Assembly (NCBI RefSeq): GCF_000315625.1
Contig: NW_005434669.1
Span: 62,001-126,000 of the forward strand
Length of the DNA: 64,000 nt
Origin: Guillardia theta CCMP2712
Taxonomy: Eukaryota; Protista; Cryptophyta
Direction: 5' to 3'
In this document: positions 61,401 through 64,000 of the stretch, piece by piece
Numbering within the stretch: position 1 is the first letter of the stretch
How the letters are laid out: the number at the start of each line of letters is the position of its first letter
The notes under the pieces: model-generated
The model's database searches: none
What the model was told of the DNA's origin: nothing
Seen by the model: only the letters and a program-made list of their open reading frames with translations
Position numbers and translations under genes: made by a program

Positions 61401-64000
61401 AGAACACTTTCTCCAAGTTCGCTCCGGTGGGGCCTGACAGTCAGGAGCTCGCCATGGAGCTGGTGGCAAAGTGCAAGGCCGTCCTGTGCGACATGCTCCT
61501 GTTCTTGTTCAAACTGCAAGTCGCAGTGAGGACCCGCAAACTTCTCGCCATCTGCCATGAGTTGACTCCCTTCACCACCTCTGCCAACACAAGAAGGATG
61601 TCCTGCTCTGACCCGAGGATCTCGGCGAGGAGCTCCAAGAACACCCTGCTTAAGAGGAGGGCGAGCAGCTTCATTTGGTTCAACACGTTCAAACCTGGCG
61701 AATCAACCATGGAAGCCGATCCTTGTCACCAGCTGCTTGAGAAGATGAGAGATGTAAAGGTGTTCCAGCGGATAACAGAGGCGACAACAACTCTCAACCT
61801 TGTTTTTGACACTGAGAGGGTCTTGTTCCTGTCTCCGTGTCTCCTGTCCTCATTTTCCTCTGCAGGAGCGCCTCAGCAGGATACTCGTGGAGCTCTGGAA
61901 GTATAAGGACCCGCAGCTTGCTTTCAAAACTTTCCAAGTCCTCCTCCGCTGCAACTCCCCGACTCTCGATCTTTACCTCCAGGTCTCTCGAGACTGCGAA
62001 AAACTTGAGAAGGCTGATGTACTTGATGCAGATATTTGACGTTCAGGTGCTGTCACAAGACACTTCGATGAGAGACTACAAGATGGCGACAAGTTTGTTT
62101 CAAGACCTCAAGCGAATGTTCCCTGCCTTCCGCCTCCTTGCGTTGCCTAACAACGACTTGAACTTCTTCGACGCATCGCAACGATCTCAGTTCGTCTCCT
62201 GCATCACATCTCTTGCCGACATGTGCAAGATACGAGGAACTATCGCTGAGTTCGAGAGTCAGAGGTTCACCAATCAACAAGTGAGCCGTCACATGCTGTC
62301 TTCTGCTCTCTGACATGTCTGATGCCAGATGTTGAGGCGTCTCGGAGTACATACTTTCATCCTGGATGTGATCAAGTCGTTGATCTTGCCACATGAGCAA
62401 CACTCAGAAGACTTTGTCAAGAGAATCGAGCATGGGTCCACCTTTTACGAACCTGCTGTCCGTTCCTGGATAGTTGACGAGTTGCTACCTGCTTGCTTTA
62501 GCTTCATCGAGTTCTTCTCCAGTGGGATGAAACGGAATCAGCATTTCTGGTAAGAACCGTCAATTTCTGATTGTGAATGTTGAACTTTGCGTGTAGGGGA
62601 GACCATACACGTCTGCTGTCGAGGTTTTTCCGTGCTGGAATATCCGTAGCTGGAGCCCTTTCAGGGATCTTTTGTGGAAATGAGAAACTTTGTCAGAGGT
62701 CAGAGGAGGAGAGGAGAGGGGAAGGGAGAGAGGGAGAGAGGGAAGAGGGAGAGGGAGGGAGGGAGGGAGGGAGGGAGGGAGGGAGGGAAGAGGGAGAGAG
62801 AGGGAGGGAGGGAGGGAGGGAGGGGGAGAGACAGAAAGAGAGGAGAAGGGAAGGGATCGGGGGCTGAGCAAGGATAGGAAGAGGAGGATGTTGCTCTTGA
62901 GTTTGACTTGTTGGTGAAGGCTGGACTTGAACATCATAGATGAAGTCCTGAGGTTCATCTCAAACGAGAGCAACAAAGACGAGCAGGGTAGAGATGAGAA
63001 GAACTACTCGTCTCACATATCTTGCGTCCACTTCCTTGAAGTTGCCTTCATGGTGGACGGGAAAGGTCGTTCAATACCTTGCTCTTCCTCACTGACTCTC
63101 TTCCAGTTGTTCGACGCACTCAGGCGTACATCTTGCAATCTTTGTCAGGGACTGTGAAGCATGAAGAGGATGGTGGGCGTGAGGAAGCGCAGGAAGGAAG
63201 TGCTCCTTTTGGAGAGGACGCAAACAGGCCGCTGGTGCTGTTTCGAGGTGAGCGGGAACCGTTTCTCAAGAGGTCAAGATCCAAGTTAGACAAGGCGAAG
63301 CTGCAACCCAACAACAACATCGTGGAGTACAACATGTCGATCCTCCGTTTGCTGCGATTTCTTGCCACGGATGCCGGACCCGGTGACATGTCCATCATCC
63401 GTAGCATCCTTCCAGTGGACAGGCTGGTTCAAGACATCACAGGTATTCCTCCTCCTCCTCCCTCCCTCCCCTCCCTCCCTCCCTCCCTCCCTCCCTCCCT
63501 CGCCCTCCTTCTCTGGCTGGCATTGACTCGCTTGCAAGGGAATTACTGCATTTCCCGAGCCAAAGGAGAAATGCTCCATCTATTTCGCATCATCTACCTA
63601 CAGAATCACTCGGACACGAGGTGCTATGGCTTCACTTACAGCCTCAGCTTGTGGTCCATCCTCCACCACCTCTCCCAGCTCCTCCAGCGCTGTGACCCCT
63701 TCTCCCTCCTCACCGTCCCCGACCGCTCCCACGGAGGAGACACTTTCAACAGCCTGACAGACTCTGATGTGGTGATGATGGAGCTGGAGATGCTGTTTGC
63801 CGACCACTGGGTGCCTATCTTGGACGTCTTGATGGACGAGCCGATCTTGTGGTACTCGCTGACTGATCAGGCTCGGGTCGATGTTGAGATCATTTTTTGC
63901 AAACTTGCCAAGATGCTCGAAGTAGCTGATGTGCAGAAACAGAACCTTCTGAAAGCACACAAGTACGAGGAAACTCCTGAGATCGTTCAAGAGTTTCGTG
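58420..64000 (+). CDS. ITPR: Inositol 1,4,5-trisphosphate/ryanodine receptor family Ca2+ channel, 5' part
   Basis: GDVLSLY..ISSDGF, G..VNYGQVIQLQHLKSGKFL, MIR repeats (VKGGDLLQISH, SLWQIE, FRLRHIATNTYL), RIH-like helices (GIARNQCLV, ELLDALCTGDN, LPYNLR..Y). Runs off the window. Confidence 0.92.
62703..62830. repeat. (GGGA)n purine tract in an ITPR intron; a (CCCT)n tract lies in a later intron (63448-63508)
   Basis: Directly visible. Confidence 0.9.

Noticed and set aside
60530-61558. 342-aa antisense ORF (and similar ones opposite CEP290 and HECT)
   Set aside because: Shadow ORFs produced by codon bias of the real sense-strand genes; no domain features.

Overview
Gene-dense eukaryotic nuclear DNA with many short (about 40-80 nt) GT-AG introns, microsatellite-expanded longer introns and bipartite plastid-targeting leaders. 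These point to an alga with a red-derived complex plastid, most likely a cryptophyte such as Guillardia theta (inferred, not verified). About 22 protein genes can be reconstructed by hand-splicing. Recognisable ones are phosphoserine phosphatase, ERG2/sigma-1 sterol isomerase, CEP290, a coiled-coil/PDZ protein, Mpv17/PMP22, a SET methyltransferase, SEC14-GOLD, a UFD1-UBX fusion, a TMX-like thioredoxin, an ankyrin-HECT E3 ligase, a degenerate alpha-kinase, a CEP164-like WW+LRR protein and an IP3/ryanodine-receptor-family channel running off the right end. The most striking structure is a ~1.45-kb near-perfect inverted duplication (31137-32589 / 32936-34427). It carries a head-to-head pair of genes for an unrecognised small protein with a tripartite (ER + plastid + twin-arginine lumen) leader, nested in older diverged inverted homology. 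Also notable: a C2 domain inserted in CEP290, an IP3R-like channel lacking IP3-binding residues, overlapping stop codons of convergent genes, and recurring intergenic motif families. Exon boundaries are manual and approximate.
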